A program made the position numbers and the translations under genes. Below the pieces are notes generated by a model. The model had not been told where the DNA came from. It was given only the letters and a program-made list of their open reading frames with translations, and searched no databases. A stretch of 64,000 nt of DNA. Origin: Octopus vulgaris. Its lineage: Eukaryota. The stretch is taken from contig OX597818.1 of NCBI GenBank assembly GCA_951406725.2, forward strand, positions 41,416,001-41,480,000, read 5' to 3'. Shown in pieces: positions 1-15,360 of this stretch (within the stretch, counting starts at the first letter, position 1; every line of letters starts with the position of its first letter).

Positions 1-78
1 TCTCTAAGAAGTACGTTTATGAAACCTGTGCCTCTGGAGTGTTCAACCACTTGCACGTTAATTTCACGAGCAGGCTGA
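1..78 (+). mobile_element. 3' fragment of tRNA-derived SINE family C
   Basis: ggagtgttcaaccacttgcacgttaatttcacgagcaggctg matches 52233-52274 of the full copy. Confidence 0.7.
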
Positions 79-564
79 TTCGTAGTATATATATACTAAC
101 ATGAATATATATACATACACATACAGACGTGTGTGTGTGAGTGTGTTTTTCAAAAGCACTGCCAGGTTGGGGTTAATTAAAGTCATCCACAAACATGGTG
201 AGCGTTTCGAGACGATAGTCGTAGTATCACCCATTCTGCGACAATTGAATACTGCCACTTCAGGTAGTTTCCTCATTCCGAAACGCGGAGCAGACCAAAC
301 AGGGACAACTGAAGAAGGAGGATATTCCTTGTGTTGTATGTCTTGTACTCTATTTTTTTCGTTGTTTGAAAAAAAAGTTCGTTTCCATGTTTTCGTTTCT
401 CGTTCTGTTCAACGTTTTTTTTTTTTTTTTTGATGTCCTGTACCCATATATGCATGTATATATACATATAGATGTAGGTATGTACATATATGTATGTATA
501 TATGCATATATTTATATATTATTTATATTATTATATGATCGAACGCCACGCATCCTTTTCCAAG

Positions 565-596
<32 letters not shown>

Positions 597-749
597 CGAT
601 AATTATGACGAAATAGAAGGTGACTTATTCATCCTCAAGATCTATTTTTTCTTATTTCATAAGTTAGCCGTAACTTGGAATATAACTGAGAGCCACTACG
701 GTATCCGCCAGGATAATATATCCTACCCCTCCAAACTCACACTATGTAT

Positions 750-778
750 GTATAGATAGATAGATAGATAGATAGATT

Positions 779-832
<54 letters not shown>

Positions 833-905
833 CAGACAGACAAGCAGGCAGGCAGGCAGGCAGGCAAGCAGGCAAACAGGCAAACAGACAGACAGACAGA
901 TAGAC

Positions 906-985
<80 letters not shown>
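750..985. repeat. Compound (GATA)n/(GACA)n/(GGCA)n microsatellite
   Basis: Read directly from the sequence. Confidence 0.95.
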
Positions 986-1772
986 GGCAGTTTAACAGAC
1001 TGAGCGTGCAACAGGAATAATCATCGTCGAAACCGACGACGGATCTACTTGTGGGTAACTGAGTGTATAAACGGTTTACTTAACAGAATACATAAGAATA
1101 TTCCTTATCACTTCCACACACACACACATCACATCACACACGCTGCAGATTTACTCTCACACAAACACATTATAGAAATTCAATTTCACACACACATATA
1201 CAAATCCAGTAATACACAGACACAGGCTCACACACACACACGCGCGCATACAGACACACGTATACAGAGATATACTCACTCACACACACTCATATACAAA
1301 CACAGACAGCAATCCATTTAGTGCATTATAGATTGCCATAAAAGAAGACAACGTGTCCCTGCTGTCAAATTCCTTCTCTGCATTCATTTATCAAATATTG
1401 CATTTTCGTAGATTTATCTCCTCCACCACCACCACCACCACCACCATCATCATTACCACCTTCACCACTACTACCACTACTACTACTACTACTACTAACA
1501 CCACCACCACGACGACTACAGCCGCCACTTACAGCATCGTCTTACCACCACGCTAACCACTGCTATCGCATCTACTACAACCACCACTATCACCACCATC
1601 ACCACCACCACAACCGCCACTACCATCGCCACCATCAGAACAACAACACGGACAACATCTATTGTTACGGCAACCACACACCACCGCCAAAGACTCATAT
1701 GCACCTCCGCACATCTTCACGTGCACCTCCTCCTCATCAACAATAGACATCAATATACATATTTAAATTTAC

Positions 1773-1860
<88 letters not shown>

Positions 1861-2030
1861 TATTTTAAGTGTGTGTAAGGAACCCTTTTTTCGTCAAATT
1901 TTAGGCTAAAAAATATGGGAGTTTCTTAAACATGGATAGTATTATGATCCCTTACAAAGCCTTTTCTTCCAAATTTTAAGACCCCAAAATTAGGGAGTTC
2001 CTTATGCACGAGGGTTCCTTATACACAATT

Positions 2031-2086
<56 letters not shown>

Positions 2087-2266
2087 CGTGTGTCTATGTA
2101 TACAGATAGATAGATATAGGTATACGCACATACACACACACATATATATACATATATAGATGTATGTATGTATGTATGTATATATAAGTGTGTGTGTGTA
2201 TGAATAAATAAGTATACAAAGTATATATATATATATATATACATGCATACATACATATATATATAC

Positions 2267-2297
<31 letters not shown>

Positions 2298-2303
2298 CAT
2301 ACA

Positions 2304-2339
<36 letters not shown>

Positions 2340-2399
2340 TTATATGTATATAGCTACAGAATAATATCTAGCATCATAATATAATATATATATATATAT

Positions 2400-2454
<55 letters not shown>

Positions 2455-2481
2455 CACATACATACTTATATATACATATAT

Positions 2482-2536
<55 letters not shown>

Positions 2537-3779
2537 TATATGATGCTTGAGACTATTCTGTAGCTACCGCCTACCATCACTTTACTCTTATTGCAAGCAT
2601 TACTCCAGCTAGCTCCACCATCACTACAAACATCCGCACCAACATTACTAACGCCGCCAGTAGTAATACCAACATCACCACCATTGACATCAATAACAAC
2701 AATTTCGTCAGCACCAATATTGCCAAAAGGCCCCACCATCGAAATCACCAGCATCATCATCATCAACAGCATCGTTATCATCAACAACGGGCATTGCATC
2801 ATCTCCAATATCATCACAACCAACAACACTAACGACAACAACATAGGTGGCATCACCAACACCATCACCATCACCCATCACCAACACTGATAACAACAAC
2901 AAACTCATCACTACCACCACCACCACCACCGCCGCCGCCGCCATCTTCAATATCCCCACCATCACCACATACAATATTACCAACGCTACCAACGCTATCT
3001 CCACCACTATCACCAAGAGACCATCTTGATGGTCTCCTGATCTGCTTGAAATAACAGCCAAAATCTTCCTCATATCATACATCTATTTTTCTTTTCCTAA
3101 ATACTTCTGAATTCCCACCCAGCACATTCGAAAAAAGGGAGGAATGGTCATGGCTGGAATGTCTTTGATCATTTATAGGTAAACTCATTCAGGGTTAACC
3201 TGTGGTTAAATAACATGGGTATTTTCAATACCAACACCACAACATCACCTTCGCCACCACCATCGGTAAAATCACGCAAGCAGTAACACCAACACAACCA
3301 CAAAACACACCATCAACAATACCACCACCACCACCACCACCACCATCAATACCGCTAACATCAACTCAAATACCATTATAAACACCTCTGTCTCCGACAT
3401 CCCCACCGCATCGTCAGTAGCACAACCACAACTAATAACATTAAAATCGATACAATCGCCTCTCTCAATAAATACCACCATCAGCAGCAGCAACAACACC
3501 AATCACCAAAACCGCATCTAACAGCAGCACCAGAACCACTAGCAGCACTACCACCAGCACCAGCACCACCAACACCACCGCCACCATCACCACCACCACC
3601 ACCAATATCACGTTAACTTTCTTGCAATCCACTTATGTTCTGCTGCTATCGTCCATTCTATTCAATATTCATATCTAATTTCCCACTCTTTCTCTGCCTT
3701 TTCGTCTTTCTACATTAATAGGTGCGCACGTATATATATAAGTGTGTGTGTGTATACATATATATATACATATATATAC

Positions 3780-3836
<57 letters not shown>

Positions 3837-3859
3837 CATACATACATATATATACAGAC

Positions 3860-3922
<63 letters not shown>

Positions 3923-3927
3923 ATTAT

Positions 3928-3990
<63 letters not shown>

Positions 3991-4095
3991 TGTGTGTGTG
4001 TGTGTGTGTCCATTTATGTGTTCCATTCCAAAGATTGGTGTCCTGCTGGGAATTTGCCATGATAGATAGATTGACAGACAGACACATAGATAGAC

Positions 4096-4176
<81 letters not shown>

Positions 4177-4689
4177 CATGCATGTGTGTGGATGGATGGA
4201 TGGATGGATGGATGGCAGGATGATGGATGTGCGTCTGTATCTGTCAGCTTTAGTTCTTGAAGTCTATAACGGCGAATGCATCCCTCCTACTCTGTACATA
4301 GATATTCACGTCTTAACTGTCCATTTTCGTCTTATTACAATTCATTATCATCCATTTTTACATATGACAATACTTCGACAGTCTTTCCTCCATCCTTGTT
4401 TCTGGCATACACACTGACTCGCCCCCCACTCCCTCTCTCTCTCTCCCTCCTCTTCCTTCACACACACACACATACGCAGCCTCACCCTTACACTTTGTTG
4501 CATTCTCCTCCCCCCGTCATGCATACAATTTCCACACACACACACACACATGCGCGCGCGCGCTTTCCCTCTTTCTCTTTCTGCTTTCACCCTATCTATC
4601 TCTCTCTCTCCTCTTTAATGCTCATACAATCACTCTTTCTCTCTCTGCCTTTCTTTTCTTCACACCCCCTAAAGCACAAATTCGCTCTT

Positions 4690-4757
<68 letters not shown>

Positions 4758-5546
4758 TCTCTCTCTCTCTCTCCCTCTCCAGACACTCTTAGTCTCTCTT
4801 TAGAATACATAATCACTCTCTCACACCCAAACACTCTCACTCTTTTCACGTCCACACACACACTCTCACCCTCTTTTTCTCATATATACACACGTACACA
4901 CTCCTTTTCTCTAACACCCCCTCTATCAGACACTCACTTTCCCTTTCTCTCACACACATACATATACACTTTCTCACGCATGCGCACTCCCTCTCGCACT
5001 TTCTCTTTTCCGAACACAGAATTTAACTGATGCTTCATTTTATGAACTCCGGAGTTGATGGAATTTGGACTCAGAACGTAAAGAGCTGAAAGAAATACTG
5101 CAAGGGTAGTCATCGCAGGAACACCTTTTGATTGTAGATCAAGAACTACCAGGGACTAAAAACAACACATAGGTCTTTGAGACAACAAAGAGCCTTTTTC
5201 AACCTTCTAAACTTGACAGCAAAATATCCTCCAAATCAAATCTCAGAAAGCAACTGGAAAATGCAGACTTAGAGACCCATTTTCTTTTGGTGGGGCACTT
5301 TCTTGGAGAGTTTAGTGGACCCTAGACTTATTTTGCAAGTTAGGTACTAATGCGATCGGTTTCTTATGCCGAACCGCTAGGCTACGGGGACGTACACGAG
5401 CCATCACCAATTGTGAAACTTACCCTCAAACTTTGAGGTTGAAAAGCAAGTTTTTTAACACAGCCATACCTACGTCTTATACACACACGTACGCGCACAT
5501 ACATACATACATGTATGTGTGTATATATTTACACATGCATATATAC

Positions 5547-5583
<37 letters not shown>

Positions 5584-5648
5584 GGGTGCGATGAATGAAC
5601 TACGCAAAAATGAAAATAACATTGACGTATCATTCTAACAGATATACT

Positions 5649-6032
5649 GTTTTACTCTTTTACTTGTTTCAGTCATTTGACTGTGGCCATGCTGGAGCAC
5701 CGCCTTTAGACGGGAAAATCGACCCCAGGACTTATTTTTTGTAAGCCTAGTACTTATTCTATCGGTCTCTTTTGCCGAACCGCTAAGTTACGGGGACGTA
5801 AACACACCAGCATTGGTTGTCGAGCGATGTTGGGGGGACAAACACAGACACACAAACATATACGCACACACATACATATATATTATACATATATACGACA
5901 GGCTTCTTTCAGTTTCCGTCTACCAAATCCACTCACAAGGCTTTGGTCGGCCCGAGGCTGTAGTAAGAAGACACTTGCCCAAGATGCCACGCAGTGGAAC
6001 TGAACCCGGAACCATGTGGCTGATTAGCAAGC
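5649..6032 (-). mobile_element. tRNA-derived SINE family A
   Basis: Reverse complement of the family A body (ggttcagtccc B-box, cttgggcaagtgtc, gactgaaacaagtaaaagag tail). Confidence 0.85.
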
Positions 6033-6044
6033 TGTATTATTGTA

Positions 6045-6243
6045 GTTGTGTGGCTGTGTTTCTCTACCCACCATCGCTTGACAACCAATGTTGGTATATT
6101 GACGTCCCCGTAACTTAGCGGTTCGGCAAAAGAACTGATTCATCAAGTACTAGGCTTACAAAGAATAAGCCCTTGGTCGATTTGTTCGACTAAAGGCGGT
6201 GCTCCAGCATGGCCGCGGTCAAATGACTGAAACAAGTAAAAGG
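6045..6243 (+). mobile_element. SINE family A, 3' half (inverted relative to both neighbours)
   Basis: catcgcttgacaacc...ggcggtgctccagcatggccgc...gaaacaagtaaaa. Confidence 0.8.
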
Positions 6244-6359
6244 ATATATTGTGATTATGTATATATAAACATAATTAAAAGATAAAAACATTAAAATTAA
6301 GGAATTTTCACAGTAGCCAACATGTATAAAAATATTTTTTTAAATAACCTTTTAGGTTA

Positions 6360-6740
6360 CTCTCTTTTACTCTTTTACTAGTTTCAGTCATTTGACTGCG
6401 GCCATGCTGGAGCACCGTCTTTAGTCGAGGAAATCGACCCCAGGACTTATTCTTTGTAAGCTTAATACTTATTCTATCGGTCTCTTTTTGCCGAACCGCT
6501 AAGTTACAGGGACGTAAACAAACCAGCATCGGTTGTCAAGTGATGTTGGGGGTGGGGACAAACACAGACACACGAACACACACACATATATATGCATATA
6601 TACGACGGGCTTCTTTCAGTTTCCGTCTACCAAATCCACTCTCAAGGCTTTAGTCGGCCCGAGGCTATTGTAGAAGGTACTTGCCCAAGGTGCCACGCAC
6701 TGGGACTGAACCCTGAACAATGTGGTTTGTAAGCAAGCTA
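6360..6740 (-). mobile_element. SINE family A
   Basis: Same family sequence on the reverse strand. Confidence 0.85.
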
Positions 6741-6763
6741 TCACTATATGAATTTTATCTATA

Positions 6764-7009
<246 letters not shown>

Positions 7010-7372
7010 CATGAATGTAGGTATCTTACAATTACAATAATGTAACAGCTAGTTGTACGTATGCTTCTGCATCATAATATATGGACAGTATCATTTCCAT
7101 TGTGCTACTACATTCTCATGGTGTCCTATTTTGGCAATTCTGGGTAATTTCATAGCTTCAGAGATGTAGTAGTCACTGGCGTATTTCATATTAAATTTAA
7201 ATCTCATAAATTCGTTTCTGTTAGCTCCGTAATCACTACGGCTACCACCTGTGTGTGCATGCATCTCTCTCTATTTCTCTCTCACTCTCTCTCTCTCTCT
7301 CTTTCTCTGTCTGTCTCCCTCTTTATCTCTCTCTGTATATCTATCTATATATAAATACGTATACTTCATACA

Positions 7373-7406
<34 letters not shown>

Positions 7407-7416
7407 CATACATATT

Positions 7417-7473
<57 letters not shown>

Positions 7474-7675
7474 TGAACAATTTACTGAACCTTCAGATTT
7501 TAATATGCTAGACCACTGGTGTTAAATTGATATTAATTAAATTAATATCCAATTTCTCACCCTCATTTTAAATTTAAATTTAAATATATATATATATATA
7601 TAAATGAATAAATATATATATACATATACGCACACACGTATATATCATATACATACATATATTCATATCATGATT

Positions 7676-7880
7676 CGCCATGATAGATCGCTAGCCACTA
7701 CACATTCTTTATTTTCTCTCTTTCTTTTCTCTCCTTGTTTCTTTCTGCGTTCCTTTCTGTGGAAGAGCGTAGGCTCGAAACGTTCAAGACTTTTTCACTT
7801 CCCGAGCGTTATACTAATACATCTGTTTGTTGTCTACACCCCATGTCTTCGATTTTTTTTTTTATTGTGAATTCTCCCCA
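7676..7880 (+). mobile_element. Short dispersed element with hammerhead-like motif (Penelope-like pseudo-LTR candidate), copy 1
   Basis: Homologous to 13035-13196, 29680-29876 and 41724-41921; contains ctgtggaa-gagc-gtag-gctc-gaaacg. Confidence 0.65.
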
Positions 7881-8199
7881 TATATATATGAACATATATA
7901 TGAGTGTGTGTATGTCTGTGTAAGTTTGCAGGTTTGTATGTATGCATGCATGTATGTAGGTATGTATGTATGTATGTATGTATGTATGTATGTATGTATG
8001 TATGTATGAATTTTTTCACAAGGAAACATTTGACAGCATTTTCAAAGTCTCGGCTTACCAGCAGTCACCAGCAGCTTCGAAGTCACTATCAACCTTTTCC
8101 TTGGTAAAAAATATTGAAGATGTATTCTACTTAAACATATTAATAGATCCTTCGGTTTAATGTTAATTCAGTTTGTTCGCGCAAGTTTTTTAATGTATT

Positions 8200-8494
8200 G
8201 TTGTTGTTTGTTGTTTGTTCCTTCACGAGCCATTTGGGCCGGTTTCCCAGTTTCATTGGCATATAGGTTCCCCACCTGAACAGGACGCCGGTCCGTCGCA
8301 GGTGAGCTGCTAGATGCAGGAGGAAAGAGAGAGAAAGTTGTGGTGAAAGAGTCAGCAGAGGTTCGCCATTACCTTCTGCCGGAGCCACGTGGAGATTAGG
8401 TGTGTCGCTCATAAATACACACACCGCCCGGTCTGAGATTCAAACCCGCGATCCCTCGACTGCGAGTCCGCTGCTCTAACTACTAGCCAATGTG
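8200..8494 (-). mobile_element. tRNA-derived SINE family C variant
   Basis: Reverse strand reads tggctagtagttagagcagcggactcgcagtcgagggatcgcgggtttgaatctc (tRNA-like A/B boxes); homologous to 25265-25555. Confidence 0.75.
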
Positions 8495-8929
8495 GTAACT
8501 GTATTTTGATGTATTACCAGTTGCTAATCTATTTCTAGTCCTGACATTTGGTTTTCTTTAGCTTGGTAAGAAGTATCGAATCTGTCCTGCCAGGACACTG
8601 GAAGTTCAACCACGATGATTGATTGTGCATGGCACAATATAACAATTTGTGTGTGTGCATGGGCAGCAAAGACAGTGCAGGCAACTATCATCAACTTTTC
8701 CAGTGCATGAGCGGTCCCTTATTTTATCAACTCTGAATGATGAAAGATAACGCCTGGCAGATTTGATCTCTGGACGTATATGATAAACAACTTCCTTGAT
8801 ATTTTTTCCCAGTGTGCACCTTTCTGATCTATTTTAACCGTTAACATTGGTTCATAAATACATAAATACGTGTGTGTATGCGTTTGTGTGTGTTTGCGAG
8901 AGAGAGTGTGTGTAGTAGTAGTAGAAGTA

Positions 8930-9003
<74 letters not shown>

Positions 9004-9591
9004 TTATTGTTCCCTTGATATCAGCAAAACGTATTACATCCGGTGAGAGATGAATATCACTTAATGTGCACATTATAAAGATACGAGGTACTGATATTCT
9101 CCTGCTTTGGAGACACGTGTCTGGACAGTTTTCATAACACGTCTTGTATCACCTAGCAGTTTCGTAGACTCTGAGCACACGGTCTATTCTATTTGAAAAT
9201 CAAGACGCTAATACATGAGAAATAACGAGAAAAAAATCGAGAAGGTTGATGCAAAAAAGTGGAAGGGTGGATAACAACGGAAAAAGAAAAGAGAGCTAAG
9301 ATTATCCATAAATTTATTAAAACAATATCCATATATGTAATCTCCATAAAGTATGAACTCAAAAACATGTTTAATCTAACGAGAATGAAAGACAATTCAG
9401 GACGACGATCCACAAACAAGTATGTCAAACATATCCTCATCTTCAACCGCCCAACGGATATGCACGCACATATCCGTTGGGCGGTTGGACGCATATCGGT
9501 TGGGCGGATACACACACATATTGTATATCATGGGAGTAAGAAGTTAGCGTTATATCTAAATTTCTGTGCCATGATATTCGTTTAGTTTCTA

Positions 9592-10135
9592 AGGCGGAGA
9601 GCTGGCAGAAACATTAGCACACCAGACAAAAATTACTTAGCAATATTTCATGTCTACGTTCTGAGTTCAAATGTGCATTATTTATTGGAAATCAAGATGG
9701 CGGGCTTGCAGACCCGTTGGTACGCCGGACAAAACGTTTAGCAACATTTCTCCCTACTTAACCTTCTGAGTTTAAATCCGCGCAGGTCGACTTTGCCTTT
9801 CATTCTTTCAAAGACAATAAAATAAGTACCAGCCAAATATTGGGGATCGATGTGATTGAGTAGCCCTTTCCCCCAAAAAATTTCAGGCCTTATGCCTATA
9901 ACAGAAAGGATTATTATTCGAACTCAAGTCGGTGCACTGGCAGAACCATTAGTGCGCCTGACAAAATACTTAGCGACATTTCCTTTAGTTTTACGTTCTG
10001 AGTTCAAATCCGCCGAGGTAGACTTTGCCTTCATCATTTCGGAGTCGATAAAATAAGTACCAGTGAAAGACTGGGATCGATGTAATTGACTAGCATCCCC
10101 CAACCCCACAAAAAATATTTTAGGCCTTGTGCCTA
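9592..10135 (+). mobile_element. Three tandem degenerate family B (MetaSINE-like) copies
   Basis: Repeated ggcgg..gctggcaga heads, ttctgagttcaaat and gactttgcctttcat...gataaaataagtaccag. Confidence 0.75.
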
Positions 10136-10408
10136 ACAAATAACAGAAGTGTGTGTAAACCTGTAGATCCCACTATGATGTTTATATTATTGTTTTATCA
10201 TATCTAAATCACCAGTTAGAATTGCTACCGTTTCCCTTCCATTTACGTCTGGTTCACTTCCACTTCGAGGTCCTTGAACACTTTGTACGTCGGTTGTTTT
10301 CCGATTTCTTTCAGAGCAAGTTTGAGGCGCTGGAGATCTCTTTTAAAATGCATAAATTTTTGCTTCTATCTTTCATTGTCAATAATGTCCCACTTTTGAT
10401 CTTTTCAG

Positions 10409-10589
10409 TCGGAGCTTACCAATTGATCGAGCCCGAAGCAACCGTAAAGGTCAGCCACTATGTATGGAACAATACTATCGACTGTTCACTTCCTACCGTG
10501 TACCTGGACTCAACAAAGACACCTTAGTGACGAACAGCACCAAACTGATGCCAGAACCTGAACATATCATTGTTATTTGCAAGAACCAA
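10409..10589 (+). CDS. ChAT: Choline acetyltransferase, internal coding exon A (181 nt)
   Basis: Acceptor cttttcAG at 10407-08 and donor GTaagt at 10590. Translates to RSLPIDRARSNRKGQPLCMEQYYRLFTSYRVPGLNKDTLVTNSTKLMPEPEHIIVICKNQ, which matches the recalled vertebrate ChAT segment [20 protein letters not shown]...MPEPEHVIVACCNQ. Ends in phase 0. Confidence 0.93.
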
Positions 10590-11146
10590 GTAAGTAAACA
10601 AAACCTTTTCACATCGAACGTCCCGAAGCTCTATATACGTTCTCGGGCGAATAATATGTTTGATGATAACCCCAAAAGTTGCTATATTTCTGTTGAAATA
10701 CACATTTTTTTTTTTTTGTCTTTTTTCAATTACTTTCGAAAATAATGAAGAATTTGGTACAATAATTTTATCATTATTACGCTAACGTTTGAAACTTAAA
10801 TTAATATGAAATTTTAATGGTGGAGTATTAATTTAGATAAGTTTAGAGCAAAAAATTTGTACCTTCGAACCAAGAGCAATATCATGCGGCGGATTGATAT
10901 CAAAAAGTTAAAGACGAATGAGATTAATATAGTCCCTACATACCTTCTAAAACGATGGAATGATAAGAACAAGAATGCTTTTAATAATAGGTCAGTTTGA
11001 TCACAATTAACCTGGGACTTAACAATAACACTTTCCTTTCATTATTTCTTTATCTATTAATTCGGCGTAGCATTTATTTGGATAGTTATTAATCAAGCAT
11101 CTCTGAGTACTCATTCGACTGTACGTTCATTTAAATATATTTTCCA

Positions 11147-11543
11147 CTAGCAGTATCGCCCGGCGTTGCTCGGGTTTGTAAGGGAAATAACTATATAAGC
11201 ATTTTTAGAGAGTTCTAGCCAAAAGTAGCAAAAAATGCATTAAAAACGGGAAAAAAATGATGGTAAATTTTTTTTTTAAATCGTTGACTCATCGTAGACA
11301 TTTTTAGAGAGTTACTTTCCTTATATAATAGCGAAAAAATGCATTAAAATGGAAAACAATTATGGTAAATTATTTTAAAAATCGTAGACTCATCGTAGAC
11401 GCGCGCTAATACCCAGAAGGGCTCTATATGAATCACGACTATAAGATACCCGGTTTTGGTTAAACTGCACCGCAAAATGTGGGAGTAGTTAGGAATCTAA
11501 ATCGTAGGAGACAGACACGCAACTTCTCTTTTATATATAAAGA
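11147..11543 (-). mobile_element. Non-autonomous Helitron
   Basis: Minus strand has an A|TCTTTATATAT 5' end, a 3' hairpin CCCG-agcaacgc-CGGG, then CTAG|T. Insertion between A and T with no TSD fits Helitron termini. A second copy lies at 63046. Confidence 0.8.
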
Positions 11544-11594
11544 TTACTGTAGATCTCTTAATGTTCGACATGTTCGATATAATTCTACCTAAGA

Positions 11595-11805
11595 CGCTGA
11601 GCTGGCGAAATCGTTAGCACACCAGGCAAAGTGCTTGGCGGCATTTCGTCCGTCTTTATATTCTAAGCTCAAATTCCGCCGAGGTCGACTTTCCCTTTCA
11701 TCCTTTTGGGGTCGATAAAATAAGTACCAGTTGAACACTGGGATAAATGTAACTGACTTAACCTCTTCTCCAAAATTGTTAGTCTTGTGCCAAACTTGAA
11801 ACCAC
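11595..11805 (+). mobile_element. SINE family B (MetaSINE-like)
   Basis: gaggtcgactttccctttcatccttttggggtcgataaaataagtaccag core. Confidence 0.8.
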
Positions 11806-11987
11806 TATGTGATTCTACCTAATTTGTCATGTACTTATTTATTTGCGTCTAGATATCACTCTAACTACCTATTAATCTATCTATTCATCTATTTATCGAT
11901 AGAATCATCTGTGCATTTTCTATCCATCTATTTTATGTACTGCGTTCCATATAGGTCATCTTGAAATTATTTAATTTTGTACTAATA

Positions 11988-12415
11988 GGCGTAGGGGTGG
12001 TTGTGTGGTAAGTAGCTTGCTTACAAACCGCATGGTTCTGGGTCCAGTCCCACTACACGGCACCTTGGGCAAGTGTCTTCTACTATAACCTCGGGCCGAC
12101 CAAAACCTTGTGAGTGGATTTGGTAGACGGAAACTGAAAGAAGCCCGTCGTATATATGTATATATGTACCCGTCGTATATATGTGTGTATGTGTATGTAT
12201 ATGTTTGTGTGTCTGTGTTTGTGCCCCCAACATCGCTTGACAACCCATGCTGGTGTGTTTATGTACCCGTAACTTAGCGGTTCGGTAAAAGAGACCGATA
12301 GAATAAGTACTAGGCTTACAAAGAATAAGTCCTGGGGTCGATTTGCTCGACTAAAGGCGGTGCTCCAGCATGGCTACAGTCAAATGACTGAAACAAGTAA
12401 AAGAGTGAAAAGAGT
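11988..12415 (+). mobile_element. SINE family A, full length
   Basis: A-box tggttgtgtgg, B-box-like ggtccagtccc, central microsatellite, gtaaaaga tail. Confidence 0.88.
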
Positions 12416-12971
12416 GATAAAATATACATTTCGACATATTCTACTTAGCAATTCGTTTGCTGCTACTTTGGAGAAGCTACATTGCGCTGATGAAGCCAAA
12501 ATGATGTAGAAATATGACTTGAGTTCTCCTCAGGACAAAAACAAAATATTATATAAGTCATCTACTATTATTGTATTATTATTATTTTTTCTCTTTCATT
12601 TTTGTTGGTATTTTTTTCTTGCTGCAAATTGGTTTCTACATTAGTTTCTTTAAGGCACGAAGCATTAAATCAACTGACAAGCACCAGTCGTCTTCTTAAA
12701 TAAGTTCATGTGTCAAAGAGGAAACGTGAACGTCCACGTTAGAATTCGTTTCTCTTCACAGCAGGCATACTTATCACATTTTGTAAACTCCATTGCGATT
12801 TCTACTGACATACACTATCGATAATTTTCTTAGACTCTTACTTTTTTTCTGTCTTTGATGAATTAATCTATCAAACGTGTCAGTCAATTTACGTCTATAT
12901 GTGTATACCTGTGAATACGCGCGCATAGATATGTGTGTGCGTATACATACATACATACATACATACATACA

Positions 12972-13294
<323 letters not shown>

Positions 13295-13931
13295 TCCTTG
13301 GTTTTTTATTTCTCTGCATTGTCCTTATTTCAACATTTTCTCTTCGTACCTTTTTCTCTCTTTCTACTTCTATCTCTCTTCCTCTCTCTATCACGCTGTC
13401 TCTCTGCCTTTATCGCCCTCTCCAGCCTAGTATTCACTCTTTATCGACCTAATTCATACGTACATTCATTTGAGTTATTTTTACAATTATTCGCTATTTC
13501 TTTCGTTCGTTCTCTGCCGATATTTGAAGCAACTCCTACGGCAGTTACATTACGTTCATCTTGTAGAACAACCCAAGGGGAAAAATACAATTGTTATTCG
13601 AGTTATTCTGAACTAATTAATTACTCCTACTCAACTCTTGCCATGAGTGGTTTGGAGATCGATAAATCAATCAAAACCGATTACAAACAAGAATAAATTT
13701 CCCTTTCGTTTTTTTGTTCCAAGGCGAATAGAAGGGAAATAAAGGAATCTTACATCTTTCCGAAACAGCCTTTTAATGGAATTACAGAATTGTACACAAT
13801 CATATCGCCATTGCATTTAAATTAGATAACCGAAATCATAGAGATTTTGTTTTTTTACCTTTTTATGCATTTATCCAATGTTTTAATTGGTCTTTACTTT
13901 CTCTGGCGGTCGTCGGGTGGCATATTTCCGC

Positions 13932-14159
<228 letters not shown>

Positions 14160-14384
14160 TTGTGTGTGTGAGAGACGGAGAGAGAGATAGACAGTGGCAG
14201 AGAGAGAGAGAGAAGGTACATGGTCTAATGGTCTGGGTGTTGTTCTCACGCTCACAAGAACCTGGTTCTGATTCTCACACCAGCAGTGCGTTGTGTTCTT
14301 GAACAAAACGCTTCTGTTTACTGTATTCCAATCAACTCAGCTCTAAAAAGACGACTGTGCGATGCATTGGCGTTCTATTCAGAT

Positions 14385-14443
<59 letters not shown>

Positions 14444-14541
14444 ATTCAGTTAGATAGATAGACAGACAGACAGACATATATATGTATGTATATATGTGTG
14501 TGTATGTTTGTATGTATATATATATATATATATGTTTGTGT

Positions 14542-14634
<93 letters not shown>

Positions 14635-14984
14635 TGTGTGTGTGTAAAAAATTAAATAATAAGGGTAGTAACACAATTTTTAATCTTCAGATTTTATATA
14701 TATATATATAGTTTTATTTGAATTCTCACAAGCCCTAGCATGAATTTTAGCACATCAAGTTGGGAAACTTTAATCTGAATGGTCGTTTGCTAAGCTAGAA
14801 ATAGCAGCCAAATTCTTTCAAATCATATTTTGATGCCATAAAAAGGAAGATGACATTGGTCAGTGTGGTAGTAACTAAACAAAAAGAAGGGATAGACATG
14901 ACTGAAATGTCTTTGATCAGTGGTTTGAGCAATCAACTCTGACCTATGAGTAAACAATAGTTTGAGAAGGCAATGAGAGAGTCT

Positions 14985-15360
14985 TCTTGTCTTGTCTTGA
15001 GACAGCATTCACCCGGAGTGGGTTGAACTGGCTTCATTTATCTTCTCACAAACGCCGACTAGGCCTGGCGATTTGAGGCTAACGACCGTGTGACTCCAAC
15101 CACTCCTTATTCCAGCGGCGAACGCCGTAGATATGGGGGCCTAGGTTGGGTTCTAGATCAGCCAGGTTTTTCGTTGTCCACCACATCGCTTTCGCCAACC
15201 CTGAAGGGGAGCTGGGGCAATTGCTTCGCAGATGAATTCTCCTGGTTGACGACGGAGGGCATGACGCAGCCAACGTAGACGTCTCGTTAGGATGACTTGT
15301 CGGAGGGAGATGATTTTGCACTGGTGTCGCACCGAATTGCTGGAGAGTCACAGCGCAACC
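14985..15360 (-). mobile_element. RTE-clade LINE 3' remnant
   Basis: Minus-strand frames give RRLRWLRHALRR...GWRKRCGGQRKTW and DLEPNLGPHIYGVRRWNKEW, RTE-type C-terminal motifs with a frameshift; short caaga tandem tail. Confidence 0.7.
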
